DNA of 64,000 bases, from positions 1 to 64,000 of the IMG/VR virus record IMGVR_UViG_3300030616_000016. One strand, given 5' to 3'. The notes under the pieces were generated by a model. It made no database searches and was not told the origin of the DNA. It saw only the letters and a program-made list of their open reading frames with translations. The stretch's first letter is position 1. Every line of letters begins with the position of its first letter. Below, piece by piece: positions 46,081-55,907 of this stretch. The position numbers were made by a program, and so were the translations under genes.

Positions 46081-46415
46081 TAACTATCCTTTCTATATTG
46101 ATCTATTTTTGATAGAAGTTCTTCACACTGTTGTTTGTTAAACATAGCTATATGGGCTTTCTTGCTATCCATATTCATAGCTTCACGAAGCCATTTATAC
46201 CTTTTATTTCTGTCACCAATAAACATCTTATCAAACTTAGAATGAGCTTCCATTCTTGCTAATTTAGTCTCTTTGTCTCCAGGTATACCAAGAGGACTTC
46301 CATCAGGATGGGCTCCATGTGTTGCTTTACATCTAGGAAAATGCGAACACCCATAAAATTTTCCATACTTAGATTCTCTTAGAATCATGATACCATCACA
46401 TTCTGGACATTTCAT
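46080..46415 (-). CDS. Topoisomerase-type Zn-ribbon protein (DUF3268-like)
   Basis: CPEC...FYGCS.FP.C; PLG, AH..FD, AHI. Confidence 0.7.
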   Translation of the reverse strand: MKCPECDGIMILRESKYGKFYGCSHFPRCKATHGAHPDGSPLGIPGDKETKLARMEAHSKFDKMFIGDRNKRYKWLREAMNMDSKKAHIAMFNKQQCEELLSKIDQYRKDS

Positions 46416-46642
46416 TTTATTACTTACCTTTTAATTTGCATTGATATTCATTGAATTTTGCATAGAAGTCCTCTATTCTTCGTTTAGCTCTATTTAGCAT
46501 AGTTTTAAGATGTTGTCCCTGCCTACCAGAAAATTCTACCTGGAGAAGTTCAAATGCCATATCCAGTCTTCCTTGAGCTTTATCTATACATTGATCGATG
46601 CCATCTTTAATAGCAATTGATACATGCTTAGATTTGTTTCTC

Positions 46643-47080
46643 TTAGCCATTGTTACCTCTACATTTATCACAAAGTGTTTGAATCCAGCCATCACTGCTT
46701 ATATCACCAGGAGCTCCACACTGCTCACAGATAGTATACGACATCTTTTCAGCAAAACATATTACAGCCTCAATATTACCCATAGTTGTAGCATTTTCTG
46801 ATGGTAAGCCTTTGTTTTCATTATCATTTGACACCCATTGATAATAGAATCTAAGACCGCCCATCTTTTCTTTAACCTGAACTGCTATTAACTGAAAAGA
46901 ATTGGTGCTTCCTTGGTCTAGCTCAGTTTGGATAAATGAGCACAACATATCAATAAGATTGTACCAACCGTCACCGGTTTCAATCCCAAATGCCATACAT
47001 GATTGCTCAGGTCTTGTACCACAATCAGTAAATATTTTTGGATATTTATTGATTAACTTTTGTTCAAGTTCCAGTCTCAT
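46643..47080 (-). CDS. Conserved phage protein
   Basis: GDGW, QVKEKMGGLRFY, CEQCG...TLC. Confidence 0.65.
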   Translation of the reverse strand: MRLELEQKLINKYPKIFTDCGTRPEQSCMAFGIETGDGWYNLIDMLCSFIQTELDQGSTNSFQLIAVQVKEKMGGLRFYYQWVSNDNENKGLPSENATTMGNIEAVICFAEKMSYTICEQCGAPGDISSDGWIQTLCDKCRGNNG

Positions 47081-47354
47081 TTTGTAGCTCCAATACTTGT
47101 TTCATTACTGAATCCAACATCTCTTGGACTGTATCTATATCAGAAATGATATTTTGTTTTAATCGGTGAAAGTCATTCTCTTTTGTATCTGTATTGTTTA
47201 CTTGTTCACAACTACTATTTTCTTCCCATTCAATTAATACGCCTGAAAATGAGCCTTTATGGTTTCCTTCATGTCCTTTTTCTAATGTGCATACAACCAT
47301 ACATCCATTAGGACCTGGCTTTGATGCGCCACATATATTTTTATATTCTGGCAT
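47064..47354 (-). CDS. Hypothetical protein
   Basis: SD GGAG. Confidence 0.5.
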   Translation of the reverse strand: MPEYKNICGASKPGPNGCMVVCTLEKGHEGNHKGSFSGVLIEWEENSSCEQVNNTDTKENDFHRLKQNIISDIDTVQEMLDSVMKQVLELQNETGT

Positions 47355-47369
47355 ATATTGTACTCCCTA

Positions 47370-47858
47370 CTATGTAGATGGATTATTGTTTGTAGGAATA
47401 AACTTACTAACAATGTCTTTCAAAACGATATGTGAATAACAATTATCACATTCTTCCATATGCGCAGTATCACTCAAATCTTTCCCGCAATATGGGCAAT
47501 TACATAAACTGATATTTTCTATAGGCCAAAAGTTTGAAACTGGAAAGCCTCTAGTATGCGTACTATAAATATTAGATGATGTAGAAGATGAAGATATTGA
47601 TGATGATGAATAAGATATTGATGAAGAATAAGGCCTTGTTAAGTATTCTTGTTGTATTCTACTAGCTGTAGCAGACGTGTTTCTGGTATGTTCAGTAGCA
47701 TTTGGACAACTTATACAAAGTAATTGAACTAGTATTGCACCTTGTGAGGTATATGTGTCTATGATTTCATGGGGATAGTTTATGCAATCGAACATAGAAG
47801 CCACAAATACAATTTGTGGATTATCTGCAAATGATTCTATTGGTTTGGCTAATAACAT
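47370..47858 (-). CDS. Hypothetical protein with Ser tract and Zn ribbon
   Basis: CPYC...CDNC. Confidence 0.5.
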   Translation of the reverse strand: MLLAKPIESFADNPQIVFVASMFDCINYPHEIIDTYTSQGAILVQLLCISCPNATEHTRNTSATASRIQQEYLTRPYSSSISYSSSSISSSSTSSNIYSTHTRGFPVSNFWPIENISLCNCPYCGKDLSDTAHMEECDNCYSHIVLKDIVSKFIPTNNNPST

Positions 47859-47895
47859 TTGTCGCCTCTTTTAGCTTAATATTATAGACAATTAT

Positions 47896-48387
47896 TTATC
47901 TAACCCTCTTTCTCAATTCTTCTATATAGGGTTTTAATATAATAGATCGTGTTAGTCTTCTTACTATTCTTTCATTTGCAATACCTACGCTCTCTTCTGT
48001 AGTAAATCTTTGCATGGCGAAGTACTCTATCTCTGCATTCATGAGATGTATGGCTTCATGTACGCCAAATAGAACTGGGTCAAATGGATCATCTTCAGCA
48101 TACTCATTTAGCAAAGTCGCTGTAGCCACCATGCCAGTGTGATCAATTTCTATAGTCGCATAAGCATCAATTCTTTCTAAGGTAAAGAGAACGTCATACT
48201 CTTCGAGACTAAGATCTTTTTGAGTTATGCAAAAACTATTTTTGAATAGTTCGAATTGTTTTTTGGTAGTTCTCTTCAAATGTTTTGACGATATCTTTCT
48301 GTCACGAAGTTTTTCAGCCCTGTATAGGGTATCTTTAGGAGATATAGAAGATCTCTTGGTGATTCGCATATCAAGTCCTTTGAACAT
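47896..48387 (-). CDS. Putative metalloprotease-like protein (start uncertain)
   Basis: HEAIH (HExxH). Confidence 0.45.
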   Translation of the reverse strand: MFKGLDMRITKRSSISPKDTLYRAEKLRDRKISSKHLKRTTKKQFELFKNSFCITQKDLSLEEYDVLFTLERIDAYATIEIDHTGMVATATLLNEYAEDDPFDPVLFGVHEAIHLMNAEIEYFAMQRFTTEESVGIANERIVRRLTRSIILKPYIEELRKRVR

Positions 48388-49034
48388 ACCACTTCAATTG
48401 GATCAATATTAGAAGCGTAGTTGCAAAATAGCATGTATAATTTAACAAAGTTTTCCACTATAGATTTATCTATAGTGCCCTCTCCCAATCTAAACTCAAC
48501 AGTTTTTCTTGAATTATAGTGATATAATGACATAGATGCATGATGGTCTTTAGCTATTTCTTCAGCATCCTTGAAGAAATTAGCTATTCTTCCATATGCT
48601 GGTTTTTTATCTGCAAGTCTCTCACAATAGTATCTGTTTCTTTGTCTACTTTTAGGATAGCAATGCAATATAACAGGTTCTATTTGTAGCCATGCAGCTA
48701 TCATATTATGCGGATTAACATCCTCAATGCATATATGAATATGAACTGAATCTCTATTAGTAATTTCTATGTCATATTTACTCAGCTTAGTTAATACACT
48801 TTGAATTTTCTTAAGGTCTTTAATTGTTGAAACTGGTGTAGCTAGCTCACATCCAGTAGATGGGTCTTGCTTAAGGTGCCATTTCCTATTATTATGAGAG
48901 TCTTTCATCTTGCGATATACTTTAAAGGAATCAGGACCGTAAACACTTGGTATAACTATCTTTATAATATCATGAAGTTCATCTATGTCGCTTGAAAACT
49001 CGAATTCAATACCAAATTTGCGGTAGTATCTCAT
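48276..49034 (-). CDS. Putative amidoligase (Amidoligase_2-like)
   Basis: FGIEFE, W..K.D.S, ELATP, HIH, TVEFR. Confidence 0.75.
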   Translation of the reverse strand: MRYYRKFGIEFEFSSDIDELHDIIKIVIPSVYGPDSFKVYRKMKDSHNNRKWHLKQDPSTGCELATPVSTIKDLKKIQSVLTKLSKYDIEITNRDSVHIHICIEDVNPHNMIAAWLQIEPVILHCYPKSRQRNRYYCERLADKKPAYGRIANFFKDAEEIAKDHHASMSLYHYNSRKTVEFRLGEGTIDKSIVENFVKLYMLFCNYASNIDPIEVVCSKDLICESPRDLLYLLKIPYTGLKNFVTERYRQNI

Positions 49035-49062
49035 GACGTTTACCTCATCAGGTTATATTTTC

Positions 49063-49090
49063 ATTATAACCAAATTGCCTGTTATGTCAA
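49063..49090 (-). promoter_or_regulatory. Promoter TTGACA-N16-TATAAT
   Basis: Perfect hexamers. Confidence 0.75.
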
Positions 49091-49124
49091 TGAAATACTA
49101 TTCAACTATTCACTTATTATTAAA

Positions 49125-49322
49125 TCAATCGTCATCGTCTTTTTGCTTGTAATCAGTTGAATAAAAACCGGATCCTTTAAAGTGGATTGCCGGAGCAAAT
49201 ATGATGCGCTCAAGAGTATCTGTATTGCATTTGGGACATGTCTTATTAGGTTCGGCTTTTATGCTATGCACAACCTTAATTTTCTTAGAACAATTTTTGC
49301 ATTGATATACATACGTTGGCAT
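49125..49322 (-). CDS. FmdB-family Zn-ribbon protein
   Basis: MPTY.Y.C..C...CPKC...FKGSGFY.TDY. Confidence 0.85.
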   Translation of the reverse strand: MPTYVYQCKNCSKKIKVVHSIKAEPNKTCPKCNTDTLERIIFAPAIHFKGSGFYSTDYKQKDDDD

Positions 49323-49918
49323 TATCGTTTCTCCTTCGCCATCATATTTTTTAGTCTCTCAAATTGATGTATAAACATTGCTTCTGCTTCTTTGCACTCC
49401 CAGCAATTTATTTTAATATGATCACTCATCTTTTTATACCATTCTTCATCCTGAATAAGCACTATGCTTGGTGTATCAAATAGAGATCTTTCTTCTAATA
49501 CTGTCATATGTATGTCGGTTTTCTTAACGCAATCACTAAGATTTGTATCTACATTAAAGTGCTTGAGTATTTCGTGCAAACCATCATCTTCGATATCACT
49601 TGGCAATAGTAATTCATCATATTCTTTGATGAGAATATGTCTTTTAATCGGCTGAATTATATCACTCATGTAGGCTTCGAAAGAATCGTGAAGAAGGAAT
49701 TGCATTGCGTGTTCTGTTTTACCACATAGCATAGACTTTTCTAAGAATATGCTGCCAAGAACACAGTGTTCTGCTACAGACATAAATTTGTTGCAATGAC
49801 CATTCCATCTACATTGTAGTGCCAAAGAATGGGCTATGCCTTTTATATCTATATCTTTGGCCTGCAGATCTGTAATATCAATTGGATCATTTCTGCTAAA
49901 TACTTTAAGGACGTTCAT
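49322..49918 (-). CDS. HD phosphohydrolase (YfbR-like deoxynucleotidase)
   Basis: IAHSL...R.NGH, SVAEH, LLHD..EAY..D. Confidence 0.8.
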   Translation of the reverse strand: MNVLKVFSRNDPIDITDLQAKDIDIKGIAHSLALQCRWNGHCNKFMSVAEHCVLGSIFLEKSMLCGKTEHAMQFLLHDSFEAYMSDIIQPIKRHILIKEYDELLLPSDIEDDGLHEILKHFNVDTNLSDCVKKTDIHMTVLEERSLFDTPSIVLIQDEEWYKKMSDHIKINCWECKEAEAMFIHQFERLKNMMAKEKR

Positions 49919-50846
49919 TATATTTCCTTAGTTCTCTAAAGTAATTTCGTATGCTGATATCTCCTGCGCTCTTTGCGAAGGTTTTATGATAGCTATCTCT
50001 ATAATATGTCTCACTAACAGCATCATAGTACATAGTGAAATCGCCATCGTCACCCATATAAAACTTATCCCAGAACTCTTGACTAAGACTAGATTTAACA
50101 TCAAGTTGTTCCAAGGCTAGATTGTCAAAAGATATGATAGCATCATTAAGATTAAGTAGCTTCTCCATATTATTATATATAGAAAGCTGTTTCTCTCTTA
50201 TGATTTTATGATTTCTATTATCAAACATCCTGCCTCTGCCAGTGCCTTTATATCCTAATATTAGGCATCGACACATACCAGTGGCTTCAGATACCCTAGC
50301 AATAGTATTATATATATATTCGAACGAGTGAATACCAGATATAAAATGGAATACTACATGAGGAGAAATCTGTGCTATTGATACCAAATGATTATTACAT
50401 TCTTTGACAGATATACCTAACCCATGTATCATTTTCTTAGATACTATTAGCTTAATTGTGTTCATATATTTTTGGACGTGGGCTTGGTTCACAGTTAAAT
50501 TTGCGATATGTCCTTGTTGTCCTACTATTGTTAGTATCTGAAGTAACCTAGGATGTGCTAAAGGATTTCCACCACCAATAGCAAGCTCACATGGATGTGG
50601 AATATCTGCGAGTGATAGTGTGGTATATATATTGCAATGGTTTCCAACTTCACAAGAAGACTCATAACAGTATGGACAACCAAGATCACAAAAACTAGTT
50701 ATCTTGACGTCCATGCTTTCTGGATATATGGGTTTTGGTTTACCTTCATATCTTCTAATTTTTGTACCATCTTTCAATATTGTTACATGAACATTACCAT
50801 TTGTATATGATGTAAGAATATCATCGGCTATTTCTAGTGTTGCCAT
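49905..50846 (-). CDS. Radical SAM protein
   Basis: CDLGCPYC, GGGNP, TVN. Confidence 0.85.
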   Translation of the reverse strand: MATLEIADDILTSYTNGNVHVTILKDGTKIRRYEGKPKPIYPESMDVKITSFCDLGCPYCYESSCEVGNHCNIYTTLSLADIPHPCELAIGGGNPLAHPRLLQILTIVGQQGHIANLTVNQAHVQKYMNTIKLIVSKKMIHGLGISVKECNNHLVSIAQISPHVVFHFISGIHSFEYIYNTIARVSEATGMCRCLILGYKGTGRGRMFDNRNHKIIREKQLSIYNNMEKLLNLNDAIISFDNLALEQLDVKSSLSQEFWDKFYMGDDGDFTMYYDAVSETYYRDSYHKTFAKSAGDISIRNYFRELRKYNERP

Positions 50847-50859
50847 TAACTATCCATTC

Positions 50860-51312
50860 TCAATGATTATCATTGTCAATATAGAGTATAGAGTTTGGAC
50901 TAAATATGAAATTTATGAGTGTAGTCTTGCTGCGAAATGCAATAGCAGATGTACCTAGAGAGTTATGATCGATGTAAGCGTATTCCTTTCCAGTGCTATT
51001 AATGTCCCAGTCAGTTGTAAAATTAAACTCAATCTCTTGGGCTCCCGTCATTTCTTTAATGACATCTACTAGCATTTCCATTCTTTCTTCGTTATGTTTG
51101 TTGTCTATTGCACAATAAGCTGCTTTTGCATAGCAGTCATTATAAGTCTCATAACCCCAGCCAAATTCATATGCATCAATTACCACACGGCCATTAGAAT
51201 CTGGTTTCATAATGTCTAAAGAAGATTTTAGATTATTGTTGACTGGAGCTATAGATATTGAATGACAACTGGATGAGTTTGTCTCAAACAATCCATTTCT
51301 TATATTAATCAT
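50860..51312 (-). CDS. Conserved phage protein (FETNSSS motif)
   Basis: FETNSSS.HS, FGW, YIDH. Confidence 0.65.
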   Translation of the reverse strand: MINIRNGLFETNSSSCHSISIAPVNNNLKSSLDIMKPDSNGRVVIDAYEFGWGYETYNDCYAKAAYCAIDNKHNEERMEMLVDVIKEMTGAQEIEFNFTTDWDINSTGKEYAYIDHNSLGTSAIAFRSKTTLINFIFSPNSILYIDNDNH

Positions 51313-51329
51313 TGGTTTCTCCTATAATG

Positions 51330-51362
51330 TCAAAAAGCTACTTATAATAAGTAGCTTTTTGA
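51330..51362. terminator. 15-bp perfect inverted repeat (terminator or operator)
   Basis: TCAAAAAGCTACTTA-TAA-TAAGTAGCTTTTTGA. Confidence 0.55.
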
Positions 51363-51456
51363 TAGGTATATACGTAATTATATTGTTTAATACATAGCAA
51401 TTTTAAACATAGTTTCAACTAAACAAATGATTGCAAATGTAAAACAATATGTAACT

Positions 51457-52632
51457 TTATTGATTAGCCAGTTCATAGTCATAGACTTCAGTCTCATTAA
51501 AAAGGTTAACTTTGTATCTTTGAGGTTCTTCTAACTCTTTGGTTTCCCAATCTTTACAACGAATATTAAAATAGTTTCTCCATGTTACCCCATCTTCTGG
51601 ACTCACACCAAATGCCATTTGTGTGGGTTGCAAGAATGCGGCTTTTTCTTCAAAGAGATATTCTGTTGTCCCAAGAAAGGAACCATTAATTAGTACTTCG
51701 CCAGTGTTATGAGGCAATCCTGTTGGTTGATGAAAGTGACCAAGTAGGAAGTAATTATAGGTTATGTCTTTTACGGCGCCTAGAGCTACCATATTGCCCA
51801 CATTTCTTCTTATACCATAGTGAGGTATACCTAAACTGTTTCCGCCTCTTATTTGGTGTCCATGAGAGACTACAAAGTTCCAATTGTGTATACCAAGAGA
51901 TACAGACCATGCATCTGGTATTACAAAATCTACCTTGCCGGCACTCACCATTTCTTTACATCTTGTATATGCATACATTGATGATAGGTAGTCCCAGTTC
52001 GTCTGAGGTTCCTTCCAGTTAACTTTCTTACCAAATCTTCCATGATTACCTGACACACATACAACTGTAATTCCCTGTTCTGGAAACTTAGCTGCTAAGT
52101 CTTGAATCATCATGCCATATACTTCACCAGATGCCATAGATGATTTGATACAATTCTTCCATTCAGAATGTTTTGATAGACCGTGAATGTCACCATCAGA
52201 CCCATGGTCTCCCATAAGCAGAAAGTATATATGATCAAATCGTCTGTTGTTTAAACTGGAACAGTATGTGAACAATGAATCCATATATCGTTCTGCTCTA
52301 TGACAGAAAGGTGTAAAACCATAGTGCTCATAGAACCTGACTCTTTCCTGTTTCAAAATGTGATCTGGATGAGAGTCAGATACCATTAGTACTAATGATT
52401 CTACAATATCTGTATCTGGTCTTGATTTCTTTTGAGTAGGCTTGTATGGCATTGGATCCACAGTATGAATCACATCTACCAAGTCTGAGAATAGTCTGTT
52501 GTAGTCTCCAGCCTGTCTTTTCAAGGAAGCATTTCTAGTCCTAAGACCCTCGGCTTCTTTTATTAAAGATTGCATCTCCGGAGAATACTTATCCTTTGCC
52601 TGCTCTAAGGTGATTCCTTTACTCTTAGCCAT
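51457..52632 (-). CDS. Calcineurin-like metallophosphoesterase
   Basis: SDSH, GD, GNHG, HGH, GHFH. Confidence 0.85.
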   Translation of the reverse strand: MAKSKGITLEQAKDKYSPEMQSLIKEAEGLRTRNASLKRQAGDYNRLFSDLVDVIHTVDPMPYKPTQKKSRPDTDIVESLVLMVSDSHPDHILKQERVRFYEHYGFTPFCHRAERYMDSLFTYCSSLNNRRFDHIYFLLMGDHGSDGDIHGLSKHSEWKNCIKSSMASGEVYGMMIQDLAAKFPEQGITVVCVSGNHGRFGKKVNWKEPQTNWDYLSSMYAYTRCKEMVSAGKVDFVIPDAWSVSLGIHNWNFVVSHGHQIRGGNSLGIPHYGIRRNVGNMVALGAVKDITYNYFLLGHFHQPTGLPHNTGEVLINGSFLGTTEYLFEEKAAFLQPTQMAFGVSPEDGVTWRNYFNIRCKDWETKELEEPQRYKVNLFNETEVYDYELANQ

Positions 52633-52636
52633 TGTT

Positions 52637-53161
52637 CTACTCCTTGCGTAGCAACCTAGAATCAGGCAATTCTTTCTTGAATTTCAATACCTCACTTCTA
52701 GGACCATACGCTATGTCTTTGTTTTCAAACTGAATGGCATACCAACGAACTTCCTCAGACTTAATAGCAGCGAACCACTTAGGGTTACGTCTACAGCCTG
52801 TTTCTTCAAGCAAGACACTTTCAGGATATAGTATGCCTTTTGGCATGTTATTAATAACCTTCTTGATTTTGTACACAACATCAAATTTGTTCTTCAAATC
52901 CTCAATTGTATATCCTTTACCAGATTTATTCTTAGGTTGCTTTTTGCTGATTTCGTCTTCCTCCTTTTTGGGTTTATTTTTCTTGAACTTGACAGAATGT
53001 CCTGGTCCAGGTAAACTGTATCCGAGAGATCTAACTATGCTACCTACTTCGTCTACTGAGAGCCCAGTACTTCTTGAGATTTTATACTCATCCCAGCAAT
53101 CTTTCCTCTGGTTGATATAGTTTTGGATCCTTTTCTGCATATGTGCATTTGCACGACTCAT
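52637..53161 (-). CDS. Hypothetical basic protein
   Basis: Coupled ORF. Confidence 0.55.
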   Translation of the reverse strand: MSRANAHMQKRIQNYINQRKDCWDEYKISRSTGLSVDEVGSIVRSLGYSLPGPGHSVKFKKNKPKKEEDEISKKQPKNKSGKGYTIEDLKNKFDVVYKIKKVINNMPKGILYPESVLLEETGCRRNPKWFAAIKSEEVRWYAIQFENKDIAYGPRSEVLKFKKELPDSRLLRKE

Positions 53162-53799
53162 ATCTTTATGCCTCCTGCAACTGGTTCAGATACTGCACCT
53201 AGGAGACCCTCACAATCTTTTACAAGCTTGTCTGCATCTTCGTCACTGTATACCATTGCTTTTAATGCAATTCTGCACAGACTACCTGTATATGGAAGAA
53301 TTGTTCTAAAAATTACCATTGGTAGCACTGGAATAGAATCATGAAGCATTAGCGTATCACCAGGATTAGGAGCTGTATTTGAAATCCATGATGGTAAGTT
53401 TAGTGAATACTTAGGAGTCATTTCTTTAGGAATTGATGCAGCATCTCTTGGTACCACACATATCATAAGCTTGGCAACAATTACATTTGCCATATAAGGA
53501 AGCCCGAAAGACTCTGCAGCAAGTTTACAAATTTCTTGTGATACTGCGGTGAGTTTTTCTTCTGGTATATTGTTTTCACTCAAAGAAGTTGAAAGCATAT
53601 TTTTAATAACAGGAGAACTGCCGGCAATCCACTTACTGAGAAGATTGTTTTCTCTCATCTGAGTTTTTGAATTCGTTTCTGGTTTAACTTGGTTGATATC
53701 TACTATGTTGTCTTTTTCTTCAGTCATTATTATCTCCCTAGATACAAACTTCTGGTTTGGAGTCGATGATTTCGTCTTCGGTAGGTGTTTCAAGAACAA
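53158..53799 (-). CDS. Hypothetical protein (likely start MTEEK)
   Basis: ORF. Confidence 0.5.
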   Translation of the reverse strand: MFLKHLPKTKSSTPNQKFVSREIIMTEEKDNIVDINQVKPETNSKTQMRENNLLSKWIAGSSPVIKNMLSTSLSENNIPEEKLTAVSQEICKLAAESFGLPYMANVIVAKLMICVVPRDAASIPKEMTPKYSLNLPSWISNTAPNPGDTLMLHDSIPVLPMVIFRTILPYTGSLCRIALKAMVYSDEDADKLVKDCEGLLGAVSEPVAGGIKI

Positions 53800-54055
53800 A
53801 CTCTCTCGTAATTCGGAAGCCTTCGGATCTGTCTACTACGTCTTTGATCTTGTAAATAGTTCCTTTTATCTTGATAATACAAGGACTCTTCTTAGAGTAC
53901 TTTGAAAGCTCTTTGCCATTAATTGCAGACTCTATTTTGCCCTTGATTTCCTTGACAACAAGACCACCTGAGGTGATAAATTTTGTTGAACATACAACTC
54001 CACCACAGAATTCTGGTTTGTCTTTTACCCTAATATCTTCTTTCGCCATATTCAT
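53738..54055 (-). CDS. Hypothetical protein
   Basis: SD GGAG. Confidence 0.5.
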   Translation of the reverse strand: MNMAKEDIRVKDKPEFCGGVVCSTKFITSGGLVVKEIKGKIESAINGKELSKYSKKSPCIIKIKGTIYKIKDVVDRSEGFRITREFVLETPTEDEIIDSKPEVCI

Positions 54056-54086
54056 ATCTCCGAAAAATTAATATACTTAATATAAT

Positions 54087-54114
54087 ATTGTAATGCATAA
54101 GCCCGAAATGTCAA
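54087..54114 (-). promoter_or_regulatory. Promoter TTGACA-N16-TACAAT
   Basis: Intergenic. Confidence 0.65.
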
Positions 54115-54167
54115 CAATCAATTTCGGTTTTTCGGCAGTTAAATTGCCGGATACATTGATTGTAAAA

Positions 54168-54314
54168 GGAATAGGATATGTAGTAGCTTTAAGTCCACAA
54201 CATAAAGTCGTTCAGGTATTGCACTTTTTGGTACGGGGAGGAGAAAGTGCACTCTCACCTTAGGAGAGGAAAGGTATATACCACAGACCCCTAGGTAACT
54301 ACTACTCCTATTCC
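54168..54314 (-). ncRNA. Second type of structured RNA, unknown class
   Basis: GGAATAGGA/TCCTATTCC plus GTAGTAG/CTACTAC closing stem and internal hairpins. Confidence 0.55.
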
Positions 54315-54326
54315 AAGAATAAAAAC

Positions 54327-54497
54327 GGCTTCTCAGAGTTAATTTGCAATTGAAGCTGCAGTTATAAGCTTAGCATGCATTAAAAATCTAATATGTGTTC
54401 CTCGTTTTTAATGCATGCTAAGCTTTACTCTTATACATTGTGTATTCACAATGCTTTATCACCTATATTAAAGATGATTAAAAACCTCTGAGAAGCC
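54327..54497 (-). ncRNA. Unknown structured RNA family, copy 3
   Basis: 12-bp closing stem; 21-bp hairpin with loop GGAACACAUAU (54391-54401). Confidence 0.75.
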
Positions 54498-54503
54498 TTT
54501 TAT

Positions 54504-55511
54504 TTATGCCATCATTTCATTAATCAAAGCGTCTAGGTCGTACATAGGACTCCATCCTAGTTCAGACCGCGCTTTTCTTGAATCTCCAAGGAGAGTATAT
54601 ACCTCTGTAGGTCTATAATATGCTGGATTGACCTTAATCATTGGCTTATCTTCAATCATTCCAACTTCGTCCTCAGGCTTATCTCCCTTAACCCATGTGA
54701 ATTTCTTGCCCGCTAATTTAATAGCGGATTCTATGAACTCTCTTACACTAGTTGTCCTATTGCTTGAAAGTACATAGTCTTGCATAGGCTTATTGTCTTT
54801 TCTGATTTCTCTCTGATTGAGGATTCGCCACATTCCTTCCACCATGTCTTTAGCATGACTCCAATCTCTTCTAGCCTCCATGTTTCCAATCTCTAATGGA
54901 GTATTATCACCAGTGCTTAGTCTTTTTGCCCACTCAGTTATCTTACTTGTGACAAATATTTTGGGCCTGCGTTGTGACTCATGATTAAATAAGATACCAG
55001 AGCACGCCATTAAATCATAAGATTCTCTGTAGTTGATAACAGACCAGTGGGCGGCTAATTTTGCAACTCCATAAGGACTTCTGGGATAGAATGCACTATT
55101 TTCATTATACTTGTCACTCTTTAGTCCACCAAACATTTCTGAAGTTGATGCCTGATAAAACTTAGTGTATGGAGACAATGATTTTATTGCGTCTAGAAAT
55201 ATAATCACAGCTTGAGCATTGATTTTAAAAGTTGCAGCAGGAATATTAAAGCTTTCTTTTACAAAAGACATTGCTCCAAGATTGTATATTTCATCAAACT
55301 TATCTTGCACAAGTCTTTTAATAGAAGTTTCGTCTGTCAGATCGCCTTTTCTGATAATAATATCATTTTTGATATGTTCTATATTACAAAGATTTTCTCT
55401 GGATTGGTGACGAACCATACCATGTACTTCATAACCTTTTTCTAGCATCAGTTCTGCTAGATAAGACCCATCTTGGCCATTTACACCTGTGATCAGGCAC
55501 TTCATACTCAT
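54504..55511 (-). CDS. gmd: GDP-mannose 4,6-dehydratase
   Basis: ITGVNGQDGSYLA, YQASTSE, SPYGVAK, GILFNHES, RPTEV. Confidence 0.95.
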   Translation of the reverse strand: MSMKCLITGVNGQDGSYLAELMLEKGYEVHGMVRHQSRENLCNIEHIKNDIIIRKGDLTDETSIKRLVQDKFDEIYNLGAMSFVKESFNIPAATFKINAQAVIIFLDAIKSLSPYTKFYQASTSEMFGGLKSDKYNENSAFYPRSPYGVAKLAAHWSVINYRESYDLMACSGILFNHESQRRPKIFVTSKITEWAKRLSTGDNTPLEIGNMEARRDWSHAKDMVEGMWRILNQREIRKDNKPMQDYVLSSNRTTSVREFIESAIKLAGKKFTWVKGDKPEDEVGMIEDKPMIKVNPAYYRPTEVYTLLGDSRKARSELGWSPMYDLDALINEMMA

Positions 55512-55538
55512 AGCTCCTTTAGTAAAAGAATAAAAAGG

Positions 55539-55711
55539 TGAAAGCTAGTACGTATGCCAGCCGGCCGATTCCGGGCCCACCAGGCAGAGCTCAGCGTAAG
55601 ATTATATGTATTTCTCTTCGTCGCTGAGCTCAGCCTGGTGGAATTTAGTCACACTAAGTATGCTTAGCGCTATTTACTTATTAAGTAAATATAACTACGT
55701 ACTAGCTTTCA
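55539..55711 (-). ncRNA. Unknown structured RNA family, copy 4
   Basis: 16-bp perfect closing stem; loop motif at 55604-55614. Confidence 0.78.
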
Positions 55712-55722
55712 TAAGATAAAGC

Positions 55723-55903
55723 GACTGGTACACATTACTTCAGGATCCAAGATCCTGAAGCCTAGCGCAGGACCAGGGTGCTCTGGGTAATTTAATATGT
55801 ATTTCAAAAATTACTCTAATGCACCCAGGTCCTGCGATTATTTAATATTGAGCATACTCAATACCTCTAATACATTTGGTATTAAATGCGCTGTGTACCA
55901 GTC
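55723..55903 (-). ncRNA. Unknown structured RNA family, copy 5
   Basis: 12-bp closing stem; loop motif at 55795-55805. Confidence 0.78.
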
Positions 55904-55907
55904 TTTA

